This document shows positions 1 through 12,053 of a DNA stretch of 64,000 bases, piece by piece. Source of the DNA: Octopus sinensis (taxonomy: Eukaryota); contig NC_043006.1 of NCBI RefSeq assembly GCF_006345805.1, positions 27,342,001-27,406,000 of the forward strand, given 5' to 3'. The translations under genes were made by a program, and so were the position numbers. Numbering within the stretch: position 1 is the first letter of the stretch; every line of letters starts with the position of its first letter. A model generated the notes under the pieces. The model searched no databases, had not been told where the DNA came from, and saw nothing but the letters and a program-made list of their open reading frames with translations.

Positions 1-1
1 T

Positions 2-1015
2 CACTGTAAAATATGTGGAAAATCATTCTCTGTTAATTCCAATCTAATAGTTCATAAAAGGATACACTCTGGGAAAAAACCCTATCATTGTGAAATCTGT
101 GGGAAATCCTTCATTCAGAATTCTCATCTTGTAGTTCACAAGTCGATACATACAGGAGAAAAACCTTATTACTGTGAAATTTGTGGCAAGTCTTTTGCCT
201 CTAACAGTAATGTAAGAAAACACATAAGATTGCACACTGGTGAAAAATCGTTTCAGTGTGAAATATGTGGGAAATCTTTCATTGAGAATTATCCGCTTGT
301 TCTCCATAAACGTAGTCACACTGGAGAAAAACCCTTCCACTGTGAAATATGTGGCAAATCTTTCATTGAGAATTATCACCTTCTTATCCATAAACGCAAT
401 CACACAGGGGAAAACCCCTTCTACTGTGAAATATGTGGCAAATCTTTCGCTCATAATTCAGGTCTTGTTATTCACAAGCGTAGTCACACTGGAGAAAAAC
501 CCTTCCATTGTGAAATTTGTGGGAAATCATTCTCTGTTAATTCTAGTCTTGTGGTTCACAAACGGAGACATACTGGAGAAAAACCTTATTGCTGTGAAGT
601 ATGTTCGAAATCTTTTATCACACACACTCTATTAAAAACACACCAGCAAATACATACTGGAAAAAACATGTTTCATTGTGAAATATGTGGGAAAACTTTT
701 CTCCATAATGCTAATTTCATCAGACACAAAATAATTCACTCTGGAGAAAAACCTTATCATTGTGAGACGTGTGGGAAATCTTTTATCCAGAATAGTGACT
801 TAACCAAACACAAACGAACACATACTGGGGAAAAACCGTTCCACTGTGAAATATGTTTGAAATCATTTGCTGTTAAATCTAATCTTGTGGTTCACAAAGC
901 AATACACTCTGGAGAAAAACCCTTCCACTGTGAAATATGTGCAAAATCATTCTCTGATAATTCTACTCTCAAAAGACACAAAAACATACACACCAAAAAG
1001 AAGCCTTTTGAATGA
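2..1015 (+). CDS. ZNF-A: tandem C2H2 zinc-finger protein, 5'-partial (at least 12 fingers)
   Basis: ORF 230..1015 starts at an alternative TTG. The same frame is open back to base 2 and encodes three more C-x2-C-x12-H-x3-H fingers with TGEKP-type linkers ([28 protein letters not shown]...). Stop TGA at 1013-1015. Confidence 0.93.
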   Translation, partial: HCKICGKSFSVNSNLIVHKRIHSGKKPYHCEICGKSFIQNSHLVVHKSIHTGEKPYYCEICGKSFASNSNVRKHIRLHTGEKSFQCEICGKSFIENYPLVLHKRSHTGEKPFHCEICGKSFIENYHLLIHKRNHTGENPFYCEICGKSFAHNSGLVIHKRSHTGEKPFHCEICGKSFSVNSSLVVHKRRHTGEKPYCCEVCSKSFITHTLLKTHQQIHTGKNMFHCEICGKTFLHNANFIRHKIIHSGEKPYHCETCGKSFIQNSDLTKHKRTHTGEKPFHCEICLKSFAVKSNLVVHKAIHSGEKPFHCEICAKSFSDNSTLKRHKNIHTKKKPFE

Positions 1016-1310
1016 AACATGAGAAATCTTTCTCTTCTATAAACAAGTACACCTTGTAGAATATATGAATATATTGGAAATCATTCTCAATAAATTCTCG
1101 GCGTTTATATCTATGAAAATGCTCTTCATTGAGATAAGCCCTATCATGTAAATATTTGGAAAATCTTTTTTTATTGGATCACACACTTGTTGAGAAATGA
1201 GTACGCAAGAAAAAATATCTAGCAAAGTTTGTTGAAAATCATTCCAAAGTCAGTCTACACTTGTAATCCACAGTTGAATAGTGGCTAGAGAAAAATTATC
1301 ATTGTGAATC
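1016..1310 (+). pseudogene. Decayed zinc-finger repeats downstream of the ZNF-A stop
   Basis: Segments such as ggaaatcattctcaataaattct, gagataagccctatcatgtaaatatttggaaaatc and agagaaaaattatcattgtgaatc match finger/linker DNA of the upstream array but contain indels and stops. Confidence 0.6.
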
Positions 1311-1639
1311 ATCATCATTTTATATTCACTTTCAATGAGTTGGACAGGACATCACAGTATTAATCAGTTCTTATCAGGAATTACTGCAACAAGCAGGGGT
1401 TGAAACATGTTAAAGTAGAAAGTTGAAAATAGAATGTAGTGGGTGCATTTAGTCAACCCCACCCCCCCTCAGCATTAGTGGGGGTTACTTACCTTGTGTG
1501 CCATAACAACAGAGTTCTCACTACCCTATGATGTATTCATTCACTCAAATTAATGTGTCCATAATTACATCACCAGGGTAATGCAGTAAATAAAAGTGGG
1601 GGATGAATGACGGGAAGAGAAAGGCTAATCATATGGTTT

Positions 1640-2260
1640 ATCAGATGCTACCTTCCTTTGTTGCACTGATAAAATTAATACAAATAGAAAGAAAATGGAA
1701 AGATAGTGAATGTTGTGGAAATGAGTAAGGGTGAGAGTGACGAGCACTAGAAAGTTTGTCATGCCTTGTTTCTACTCCATTCCCCAACCACTGAACAGAG
1801 TGCATTGAATGCTTTTTACTTATTTATTTTTTTTTTGCTCTGTATACTTTACAGAGTGTACAAGGTGAATGTAATTGTGGCCCCAAACTGGAGAGGTTTC
1901 TTTTTGCCTGACAAGACTAAAGGGTTATCACTACTCTTTTCTTTGTTCATTCACTCAATATTGATAGAGTGATCCCAGAAGAAACCCAGAATGAATGAAT
2001 GGGTAAATGGAACAAATGTATAAGGGTAGAAACAGAGTAATTGGGATGAGGGTAGGAGAGGTAGAGTGCAAGAATATTCACTGTTGGTATAGAAAGGGTG
2101 ATAGCCAAGCATATTTAGAGCATGATAATGCTAGGTAGGGATTGAATACAAGTAGATCCAGTGCCATTCCTCAGTGTGGTTTGTGGAGAGAGATTGACAG
2201 GTCTAATGACTTTCCTAACATCCTTAGCAATGGCAGCTTGTATATAAGAACTGCAGCAGC
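1640..2260 (-). mobile_element. Highly decayed LINE endonuclease-region relic (CR1/L2-like)
   Basis: Minus-strand fragments such as LDLLVFNP and KLSSARHS resemble the APE endonuclease C-terminus and linker of CR1/L2-group LINEs. Heavily interrupted. Confidence 0.3.
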
Positions 2261-2994
2261 CCCTATTTTCACTTGATATTATCGATAACATTCAATATAA
2301 TGAGGCCTTTTTTCTTTAATTCTTCCTTTATACTTGTACATTATATAATACTTAAACTTAATGTCAGTAGCCATCCCCTAGTTTATGAAAAAAATACAAA
2401 AATCCTTGTATAGAACTGTGCACTTCACCAGTCCAGTGATTCAGTGTTTGACTGTTGTGCGCATGCTCACATGTCCAAGATAGGAAGCTTCACACTAGGG
2501 AGAGACAGCACTATCATTCACTCAGTGCTGGTGAAAGGTAGTGTTTCTTTTTGACTCCGCATCTGTTGTGCTTAAAAACGTGTTTATATTCTTGAATATG
2601 ATGAAGTGTAGAATTAGATTATTATCTGCTTCCAGCTTCAGTGTTGCTGCCAGGATTTGAAAAATAGGGCAGATTTTTCCCTCTTATTTTGTGATTTAGA
2701 GGAGATTTTTGAAAAACAAGGGGCAATTCACGGCAGTGTTCAGTGAACAAATTAAACACACTGCCCAGCAGTGGCTAAAATGCAAACCGATCAAGTTTAT
2801 GTTTAAATATTCTTTTTATATGTTTGTTTCCTATTACACAATATTAAAACAACAGCTAAAAATTTTCTGATGCAGCACCCCAACTAATTTTATCTACAAG
2901 CCACCACTGAAGAGAGGGTAATAATGATGTATGGTAAAGATATGAGAAGGTATCATGACAGTGGTTGATGTAGAGCAAAGGACCCAAATATTTA

Positions 2995-3500
2995 TCATCA
3001 TCATCATCATCGTTTAACGTCCGTTCTCCATGCTAGCATGGGTTGGATGGTTCGACAGGGGATCTGGGAAGCCAGAAGGCTGCACCAGGCTCCAGTCTTA
3101 TCTGGCAATGTTTCTACAGCTGGATGCCCTTCCTAACGCCAACCACTCCGTGAGTGTAGTGGGTGCTTTTTACGTGCCACCTGCACTGGTGCCAGGCGAG
3201 GCTGGCATCAGCCACAGTCGGATTGGTGCATTTTACGTGCCACCGGCACGGAAGCCAGTTGAAGCGGCGCTGGCATCGGCCACGATTCGGACAGTGCTTT
3301 TTACGTATCTCCAGTCCAGGGGTCCTGGCATCTGCCGGGTGCCAGTCATAGGATTGGTTCAATTTCGATTCCGATTTCATTTGCCCCAGCAGGTCTTCGC
3401 AAGCAAAGGGGGGTTGGCATAGGTGCCTGTTGTCGGATGAGGTTTGATATCGACTTCGCTTACCTCAACAGGTCTTTGTGTGTCCAAGGGAGTAAAGGCA
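2995..3500 (-). mobile_element. 3' UTR fragment of RTE-type LINE (or SINE sharing its tail), with (GAT)n tail
   Basis: Reverse complement ends ...ccatgctagcatggagaacggacgttaaacgatgatgatg, the same terminus that follows the RTE ORF at 19786..21860 and 26275..26985. Confidence 0.8.
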
Positions 3501-3950
3501 TGCATATATGTATATATATGTAAATCCCAGCTACTTTCAACATTCATTTCACCATGTTTGAATGACTTGGTGGGTTCTCTCTAGTACTACATATATGTGA
3601 ATGTGTATGTTAGTAATATTTGTGGCAGACAATGAATGAGAATTTTTTGTCCACAATATTAATGTAACATTTCAGTGAAATAGCACAGCCAAATCTGCCT
3701 CATGCATAAAGTTGTAAATAGTAAGTTTCATTAGTTTCTTTCTTCTATTCTTAGTTGCTGTATATTGAAAACTATTCATGCAGAAAATGATGATTATTAT
3801 AAGTATATTTACCTTACAAACTGCAGAAATGACTACCTTATTAACTGCAGGTTTTTGTAAAATAGTTTACCAACCATAAAAATATGTAGTTTCAAGTGGC
3901 ATTAGAAACTGCATTCAATAAACCAAAACGCAGTAGAATTAACTATTTTA

Positions 3951-3988
3951 TGCTAGCATGGAAAGCGGACGTTAAACGATGATGATGA
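3951..3988 (+). mobile_element. Ultra-short 3' stub of the same RTE-type element
   Basis: tgctagcatggaaagcggacgttaaacgatgatgatga: terminal ~38 bp only. Confidence 0.7.
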
Positions 3989-4329
3989 ACTGTTGCTATT
4001 TTTATTACTTTTCTTTTTCCAGTTTTTATCCCTTTTTCCTTTCATCTCACAGTCTATGGTTGTATATGAGAGTGAAATATTCATAGCCATTTATTTTTTT
4101 CAATGAGATGTGAGAAAAAAATAAACTTCAATTAAAAAATAAAACACAAACTTTATTTTTTTTTTATGTTGTATGTGTGAATTCAATGAATAAATTAATT
4201 GTTTTTTTATTTCACTTCTTCAAATAAATTACTTGAAACTAAATTCTACCATTTTTCATTGAGTTCATATGATGTATCATGTCTTTCTTTTCTGTTCAAT
4301 AGGTGTCGTCTGAGTAATATGAGCTTGTC

Positions 4330-5420
4330 CTCAATGGCTGTTTGAACCAATTTTATATATTATTCCAATGTTACTGCTGTTTATCAGCAGTTGTTAGTAT
4401 CTTTCTTGTCTTATGTTTATGCTGAAAACCTCTTTGAGTGCCCAGTTTAGTATCCCAAATGCTGGTGCTAGCACTAATACTACATGCCATATTGTCAGTT
4501 CTTTTCTTTGCTTTATCAATTTTAAGGTACTCCAAGGTTCAATTGTCTCCTAGTCTTCTGTATAGCAACAACTTAATTGTCACCATTTTCAGTAACACTT
4601 ATATTTACATAGATGACACTATCCTTCATTACTCTCTAACATTCTCCAGCTATATATTATCCATTTGCAACCTTGGTGCCACATGCCAAGTACACACTAA
4701 CTCTATGAAGAGAGGCCTTGAAAGTATTCTCCAATGAAGATATGCCTATCTTGTTTTTTCCAGTTGCTAAAAAAACACAAATGCCACTCATCAAGGAAAT
4801 AATATGGCACCACACTCCACTTAAACATGAATAGCACTTATCAAGAGTCTTCAGAATCACTTCAATTGTTGTTAAATTTCAGTATCTCTGAGGTTTTATC
4901 TTGGCAAAAAAGTACGTCCTTAACATGGGATGGCATCCAATGACTGGGCCTGCTCTTCAGGCTAGAAGATATTTCAACTTCTAGCAATTACTGATACCTG
5001 ACAAAGCTCAGCTGAGGTTCACAATGGTGTATTGCTTTCACATCTGAAATGATGCTACTGCTAACATATACAAGCATCCTCGACTGCATCCAGGAAGCCT
5101 CCCAACATTCCCACTGACAACAGATACACTCAAGTCTATGGCCCACAAGCATGCTGTTTACTTTCTCAACCTTTTCTACTGTTACTATAATGGTGTTTGC
5201 TCCTTGGAGCTGGATATGCTCAAGCCATCTCCTGTCAAGCACTCCTGTCTACTTGTCCATCTTCTTACTATCACCCATATTGTGTCCAACCCTCAGGTCC
5301 TGCATTCATCAATATACCTAATCCCTCCTTTCCAGAACATTGGCCCTCTGGAATTCTTTACCTGCTCATCAAATGTTGGATTTCAAAGGTTCAAGAGTAG
5401 CATTTAAGGTATCAATCCCA
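4330..5420 (+). mobile_element. Decayed CR1/L2-group LINE, RT domain to 3' end
   Basis: Degenerate YADD region (IYIDDTILHYSLTFSS...SMKRGLESILQ) and C-terminal block LFYCYYNGVCSLEL...SHPYCVQ-like...LWNSLP-like, spread over several frames. Confidence 0.65.
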
Positions 5421-6100
5421 CTGGTGTAGGAGCACCAACAAACTAAATAAGGCCTTTCCTCCAGACTCCGCAAGTATAAAAAAAACACCACATTCATTAT
5501 TGGAGATAAGGGAGAGAGACCATTGACATCCATTATCTGGGTAAATGTCTTTCCTCAATTGATGACCAAATATGAACACTTAACCTGATCAAACTCTGTT
5601 CATATGCTCCATAAGAATATTGTGGCCAACCCAAATTGTCTCTTGCTGTCATGAATTTATCAGAACATAACTTAAGATCATCAACAGGAAAGGTGTGTGT
5701 GACTTTTTTCTCTCCTTGGCAGATCCTAACTTGTAACCCTTACATATCACTTTGTAGGGTTGACAAGTTCAGTGCAAGAATGAACATTAGTAAAGTCAAG
5801 CTTTCCTACTGATATACTAATTTTGTTTGTGAGAATAGTAGTTGCTTCAATTCTTAGTGGAATATGATGTAGTCAGTCTTTTAATGGCATCCACCGTAGC
5901 AAATGGAGACTTGACAAGTCTTGTCTCTTGTATGCGCAAGCAAGGAACAAATGCACTTCCATAGTTTAGTTGTGTAGTCAGTAAACTTAAGCGATGCTGC
6001 TTCATTTCTTTGAGGACTGCTCTATTGAGGAAGAACTGCTTGACACAGTTCTAGAACACTTTCTTTCTGCTTGCTCATCACTCACCGCATCATTTGTTTT

Positions 6101-6265
6101 GCGCAGGAGTGGCTGTGTGGTAAGTAGCTTGTTTACCAACCACATGGTTCCGGGTTCAGTCCCACTGCATGGCACCTTGGGCAAGTGTCTTCTACTATAG
6201 TCTCGAGCCGACCAAAGCCTTGTGAGTGGATTTGGTAGACGGAAACTGAAAAGAAGCCCGTCGTA

Positions 6266-6303
<38 letters not shown>

Positions 6304-6512
6304 TGTTTGTGTGTCTGTGTTTGTCCCATTAGCATTGCTTGACAACCGATGCTGGTGTGTTTATGTCCCCGTTACTTAGCGGTTCGACAAAAGAGACCGA
6401 TAGAATAAGTACTGGGCTTACAAAAGAATAAGTCCCAGGGTCGAGTTGCTCGATTAAAAGGCGGTGCTCCAGCATGGCCGCAGTCAAATGACTGAAACAA
6501 GTAAAAGAGTAA
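6101..6512 (+). mobile_element. tRNA-derived SINE family A (bipartite, central (TA)n)
   Basis: Pol III A-box-like (tggctgtgtggtaag) and B-box-like (ggttcagtccc) head, ggcaccttgggcaagtg motif, central TA microsatellite, 3' half ending ggcggtgctccagcatggccgcagtcaaatgactgaaacaagtaaaagag. Further copies at 50195, 58190 and 62195. Confidence 0.85.
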
Positions 6513-6529
6513 TGATCTTTGAGAAACAC

Positions 6530-6875
6530 AAGTGATTACAGTGAGTACTAATAAACATGTGCCAAAGAATTTTTGAAAAATGAAATTATGCTTGCAGTAA
6601 AAAATACTAAGGAAGCTCAGAAGTTAGACATACATGTCTCATTGGGGTTTTGGAAAAAACTGTCTCCTAATGGAGTTAAGGAAGACTGTATTATAAAAGA
6701 TGAAACAGTCTCAGCAATAGTGTTGTACGAATGGTGCAGGAAGTGAGGTTTGAAGAAGTTGGGACAGGTGATATTCAGAAATTATTGCATCATGATATTG
6801 AAATATTCAGGAGCTGAGGAGAAGAACTATGCAGAATTTGATGGAGAAAGATGGACTGTAGAATGGTTTATAAAA
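6530..6875 (+). mobile_element. Tigger/pogo transposase C-terminal relic
   Basis: KEFLKNEIMLAVKNTKEAQKLDIHVSLGFWKKLSPNGVKED, then (frameshift) RMVQEVRFEEVGTGDIQKLLHHD. Resembles the Tigger C-terminal region (EFWKNYNI..AW...GVWKKL.P). Confidence 0.55.
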
Positions 6876-8905
6876 ATAATAATAATAATAATAATTGTGT
6901 ACAGTGCTCAGGTGCACTACAACTCATCTAAAGTGTATATATAATCAGGTGTAGTTTTGGCGGATTTCGGAAAGCATGAGGGCCTTAAAGGATGCAGTGT
7001 CATGGCAGTCAACAACTGACGCAGGCAGTTTATTCCATGCTTCAGCAACTCTGAGCGTGAAAAAATGTTTCCGAAAGTCATGGGAGCTGTGTTGTTTTCT
7101 GACTTTGTAGGCATGTCCACGTGTGTTAGACACATGGAGATCAAAAAGGTGTTCAGTGTTGTTGGTGAGGTGGTTGATAACTTTGTGGGTGTTTACCAAG
7201 TCCGTCGCCAGACGCCGGAGCTTTAGTGAATCCATGCCCAGGGAAACAAGGCGCTCAAAATATGGTAGGTGTCTGATGGAGGGCATGCGTTTGGTTGCAC
7301 GTCTCTGGACAGATTCCAGGAGGTCAATGTTCTGAGCAAGATAGGGATTCCAAACTGATGATGCGAATTCCAAGTGTGGTCGTACCATAGCTGTATACAG
7401 TTTTAAATAGATGGCTGGAGAGCGGCTAACAAAAGTCTTGCTGAGTGATGCCAAGACACCCTCGGCCTTCTTGACAATTTTAGAGATATGCTTTGTCCAA
7501 CGCAAATCACTGCTGACAGTGATGCCTAGGTCACGCTCGCAAGAGGATTTCTTGATATCAGTGTTGTGGAGGGAGTATGTGGACGCAGGGTTTTTTCTCC
7601 CAAAATGCATGGTGGTACACTTGTCCACAGCCAGTTTCAGTTGCCAGTCTGTGATCCATTGCTGCATTGTGTCTAGGTCTGATATCAGGATCTGTCCTCT
7701 TGATTTCAAGGTACAGCTTGATGTCGTCTGCATATTTCAATACTGTGGCATTCTTTAAATTGGCATCTATGTCATTAATGTATGCCACAAACAAGAGGGG
7801 ACCAAGGACAGATCCCTGTGGTACACCCGATGACATTTCATATGGTGTAGAGTGCTGTCCTAGAACTGTGACTACCTCCTTTCGGCTGAGGATGAAGGAT
7901 TTCAACCAGTTAAAAAGGTCATCCCCCACACCCATTGCAGAGAGTTTTACCATAAGCCTTTTGTGTGGCACAGAGTTGAAAGCCTTAGCAAAGTCAAGGT
8001 AGACAACATCCACCCATGAGCCACTGTCAGTGATCTGAGTAATGTTCTCAAGGAACTCGACAAGCTGATCACTGCAGCTGGAGTTAGGGACAAATCCATA
8101 TTGTGAGGGTCGGATGAGACTGTGAGAGCTCCAGAAGTTCCAGAGTGTTTCTCTGACACACGATTCCATCAGTTTTGCAATACAGCTAGTGAGACTGACT
8201 GGGCGATAGTTGACAGGTGATGTGCGGTTGCCCTTTTTGAACAGAGGAATGACACTGGCAGTTTTCCACTGCTCCGGAGTAGCACCATTGTTGAGACAGT
8301 ACTGGAAGAAAATAGAAAGCTGGTGTAAAAGGAAGTGCCTGCCACGTTTGAGAAGCAGGTATGTAACTCCATCGAGACCAGGGGAGGCATAGTTGCGCTT
8401 ATTTTGAAGGTGACGTTGCAGCATTGCAGGTGTAAATTCCATAGTTGTTATGGAGTTTGCTGTTAGTGATGGTGAAGATGGTACATTTTGACTTTCAACA
8501 GTGAATATGTTTGCATAGCACTCGGCAATGAGTTCTGCGCATTCCTTGGGGTTGTCAGTGATCTGGTTTGTGTGAGGGTTGCGAAGAGGGCCCACTGGAG
8601 AGTGAGGTCTCTGCTTTGAATGCACATATTTCCAGAAAACCTTGCTGTCAGGATTGGCTGCTATGCACTGTTCAAATTCAAGCACTGCTTTTTTTGTCAC
8701 TTGCTTGAGATGGTTGGAGGATTTATTCCGCTTCTTCCTGTTGGTGTCTGATTTATGCAACTTGTATTCCCGTTCAGCAGTCCAATGTTCCTTCCTGGCA
8801 AGTCGGACCGCTGAAGTTTCCCAAATTGCCCTTTTGGGGCGGTTCTTCTTTTTTTGTTTACGTGGCACTGATGCTGCACATGCTGCCCATATTGAGTCCA
8901 GGAAG
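6876..8905 (-). mobile_element. CR1-clade LINE, 5'-truncated, near-intact ORF2 RT with one frameshift
   Basis: ORFs 7558..9021 and 6945..7733 contain YRPVSLTSCIAKLMES, DFAKAFNSVPHKRL, GVPQGSVLGPLLF, YADDIKLY and FFTLRVAEAWNKLP. Frameshift just after YADD (~7685). Short 3' UTR with AGTGC/GCACT stem-loop and (ATT)n tail at 6876-6895. Confidence 0.93.
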
Positions 8906-9578
8906 GGAGAGACCCTGGTATTGAAGAATACAGTAAGTTGCAATGAGAGTATGTTGAAACAAGAAGTAAAAGCTAAGTTTGAAAAGTAGAAAAAGAATAG
9001 TGGAGGGAATTCTTGTACCATGGAGAGAAAAAGTGAAAACTGGGTGCTGACATTGATGGTGGTCGCTTAACCAAAAATGAATAAGATCAAACATTATAAG
9101 AGAAAATAAATAATTTTGTTCTGTTTGGCAAAAATTTGGTCCTAGTAGTCTGTATGACAGAACCAATCTGATTGACAAAAGAATTTTGAAAGGTCTTTTA
9201 TTAGTGCCTTGTGACTGAGCTCAAATACATTCAACCATGTGGTCAGACACCAATTACGAAGAACTGACAATGTAGACACAGGAAACCAAAGACAAGAACC
9301 TTCATGCATTTTTAACGTTGCATGATTTTGAAGCATGGGAAATGAAGTCAGGTTGAGATGTTTTCAATAATCTAAATAATGGTATATTTATATTACATTT
9401 GACAGTCATCTTTGAAAGAAAATGACTAGTTAGATTTTGACAACTTTGTGACATAATTATAAATGAATTACATCTTTAAGTCTATTTTTGATTTACATAA
9501 AAATAAATGACCATGCAGTGCATGGCTGGCATAGCTGGAGTGCATACTACTGACATATATACACATATATTTACATAT

Positions 9579-9673
9579 CAGACTGGGCCTGGTGCAGCCT
9601 TCTGGCTTCCCAGACCCCAGTTGCACCGTCCAACCCATGCCAGCATGGAAAGCAGACGCTAAACGATGATGAT
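9579..9673 (+). mobile_element. RTE-type 3' terminal fragment
   Basis: cagactgggcctggtgcagcc...gcatggaaagcagacgctaaacgatgatgat. Confidence 0.75.
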
Positions 9674-10091
9674 ATTTATTTATATATAACTATATATATA
9701 TATATAATTAAAATGAGGGTGAACAATTAGATATTAATTAGATTAACATCAATTTAAAACCAGTGGTCTAGCATATAAAAAACCTATTACATACATATGA
9801 GAGGGATGACCACTATGTGGACAACCTTTATGCTAGAAGTAGATCCGCTATGGTCATACCACTAAGAAATGTTCTCAAAGTAAATTTAGCAAGCACCAGA
9901 ACTTAAGTGAGCAAGACAAATGAAAAGTAGCAAAAATATAGATTAATCATAAACACGACAAAAGCCCAAACACAAACCTGGAAGTATGTATACTACTACT
10001 ACTGGATAGTACAGGGTGAAATCTGAAGATGGACAACCTTTATACTGTACTCTACTATGTTCTTAACAGAATATACCGTAACTATATATAT

Positions 10092-10730
10092 CATCATTGT
10101 TTAACGTCCGCTTTCCTTGCTAGCATGGGTTGGACGATTTTGACTGAGGGCTGGTGAGCCAGATGGCTGCACCAGGCTCCAATCTTGATCTGGCAGTTTC
10201 TACAGCTGGATGCCCTTCCTAACGCCAACCACTCCAAGAGTGTAGTGGGTGCTTTTTATGTGCCCAGTCAGGCGGTACTGGCAATGACCTCACTCGAATC
10301 TTTTTACACGTGCCAATGAAGCGACGTTGGTAACGATCACGCTCGAATGGTGCCCTTGTACGTGCCATGGGTACAGAAGCCAGTTGGCTGCTCTGGCAAT
10401 AATCACGCTCGGATGGTGCTCTTGGCACCCTACTAGCACAGGCATGAGTGCCAGTAAGGTGACACTGGTAACGATCATACTCGAATAGCCGCTCTGTCAA
10501 CGATCACACTCGTATGGTGTGCTCTTTGCACCCTGCTAGCACAGATGCCAGTCATTGAATTGATTTTGATTTCACTTGCCTCAACAGGTGTTCGCAAGCA
10601 GAGTTTAGTGACCAAAGAAGGAAAAGGTACGCATAAGTGGGCTGGTTACGCTCCTGGCATAGGCCACAAGTTATGGTCTCATTTGGCTTGCCAGGTCTTC
10701 TCAAGCACAGCATATTTCCAAAAGTCTTGG
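10092..10730 (-). mobile_element. RTE-type 3' UTR fragment with internal modular repeats
   Basis: Same terminus (atcatcattgtttaacgtccgc on +) and same tgcccttcctaacgccaaccactcc block as the other copies. Internal ggtaacgatcacgctcgaatgg repeats. Confidence 0.8.
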
Positions 10731-10733
10731 TCG

Positions 10734-10771
<38 letters not shown>

Positions 10772-11463
10772 TAAGTTATAGGTATATATGCATATTTCAA
10801 GAGTTATAGCTCTTTCATCAACACATTGTCCAACTCCTCAACTATTCATAAACATTGCTTAGCAGTGTAACACTAATGGATAGACCAATTTACCTATCAA
10901 ACACATTCCTGGCAGCTGGTACATAAATATTAATTACTAGTAAGGGAACAGCATTTCGTTTTGCAGCCATAATATACTACCAAGTATATTAAAGATTTAC
11001 AAGTCAATATTGTGCCATAAATTTTGTGTTAGCAGTGTGATATTCTCATTTTAGGTGATAAACTATAGAGTTTCTAGAGAATTCAGGGCCAGCACTATGG
11101 ATTACAATGTTTTATCTATAACTACGGCTATGTAAACAGTGCAGTTGAAGATAACAAAAAAAAAGTTAGTTAATAGGTATATATGCATATCTCAAGAGTT
11201 ATTGCTCTTTCATCTGCACCACATCCAACCCATCAAACTACCCAAGAACGCATTGCTTAAATACCCATTAAGTTTAGCAGTGTAACTCTAATGGATTGAC
11301 CGATTTACGTATTCGTATACGAAATGTCGTAACTTACAGTGCTGAAATCTGTAGAAAATCTATAGTTTATCACTTAAAAATGAGAATATCGTTTTTAAGC
11401 ATATTATGGTTGCAAAACGAAATAGTGCCTTTGCTAGTAATCAATACACACACTTATAAATAT

Positions 11464-11869
11464 ATTGGGATCTTTTCGGTTTGAACGGCAGTTTTTTCTA
11501 GCCGTGTCATATGAAATTGTCACCCAGAATCGATCTATTGCATTTCAATATCTTTTAAGGTTAAGGGTGGGGGGAAGGGTATCTTTTTTTCTTCACAAAT
11601 GTAAATAAACCCAATCTGTTTCTTAAACGAGGGACATATTCATACGGCACAGAATGCTTTTTATCTCAATAGACGTCAGTGATTAGTTGAAATTGCAGAA
11701 ATTGAAGAAAAAAAAACAAATATCTTACAAAGTATAGAATTTTCTCAATAAAGCCAAGAGAAAAAGGTGTTTCATAAACACATTCTACCAGTATACGAAG
11801 TTTAAAATTTTTTAGTTACCTAGAAATTATGTTAAAAAACTGCCGTTCAAACCGAAAAGATCCAAATAT
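11464..11869. mobile_element. MITE with ~35-bp terminal inverted repeats
   Basis: attgggatcttttcggtttgaacggcagtttttt (11464..11497) versus aaaaaactgccgttcaaaccgaaaagatccaaatat (11834..11869): one mismatch. No ORF. Confidence 0.85.
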
Positions 11870-11899
11870 TGTTTGCTTCTCGTTACTGCTAGTTTCATT

Positions 11900-12053
11900 T
11901 CGGTATGCGCATGCTCAACCAGATGTTGACTGCTGGCTGCCATTAGCGAAGTTTTGTTTAGATGTAAACTGTTCATTGAATCAGCTTCAAACCCTAGTTT
12001 GTGACAGTGGGTCTTAGTATTTGGAATTATGGATACTACTTTTAACGGTAAGT
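11900..12053 (+). promoter_or_regulatory. Candidate promoter and non-coding first exon of ZNF-B (donor AACG|GTAAGT at 12047/12048)
   Basis: NRF1-like tgcgcatgc at ~11906 and a strong donor resembling the AACG|GTAAGTC donor of ZNF-C. An alternative donor CAG|GTAAGA lies at 12576/12577. Assignment to ZNF-B is inference. Confidence 0.4.

Noticed and set aside
44-454. Antisense and alternate-frame ORFs over the ZNF arrays (also 240..635, 30743..31327, 30776..31348, 45767..46006, 46364..46603)
   Set aside because: Shadow frames expected from 84-bp finger periodicity and codon usage. No independent domain.
5450-6100. Possible LINE endonuclease relic on - (IQETRL)
   Set aside because: Single short motif; insufficient evidence.
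10260-10540. CRISPR-like repeat/spacer appearance (also 26520..26780 and 21350..21540)
   Set aside because: Repeats are degenerate, spacing is irregular, they lie within RTE-derived sequence, and there are no cas genes in this eukaryotic context.
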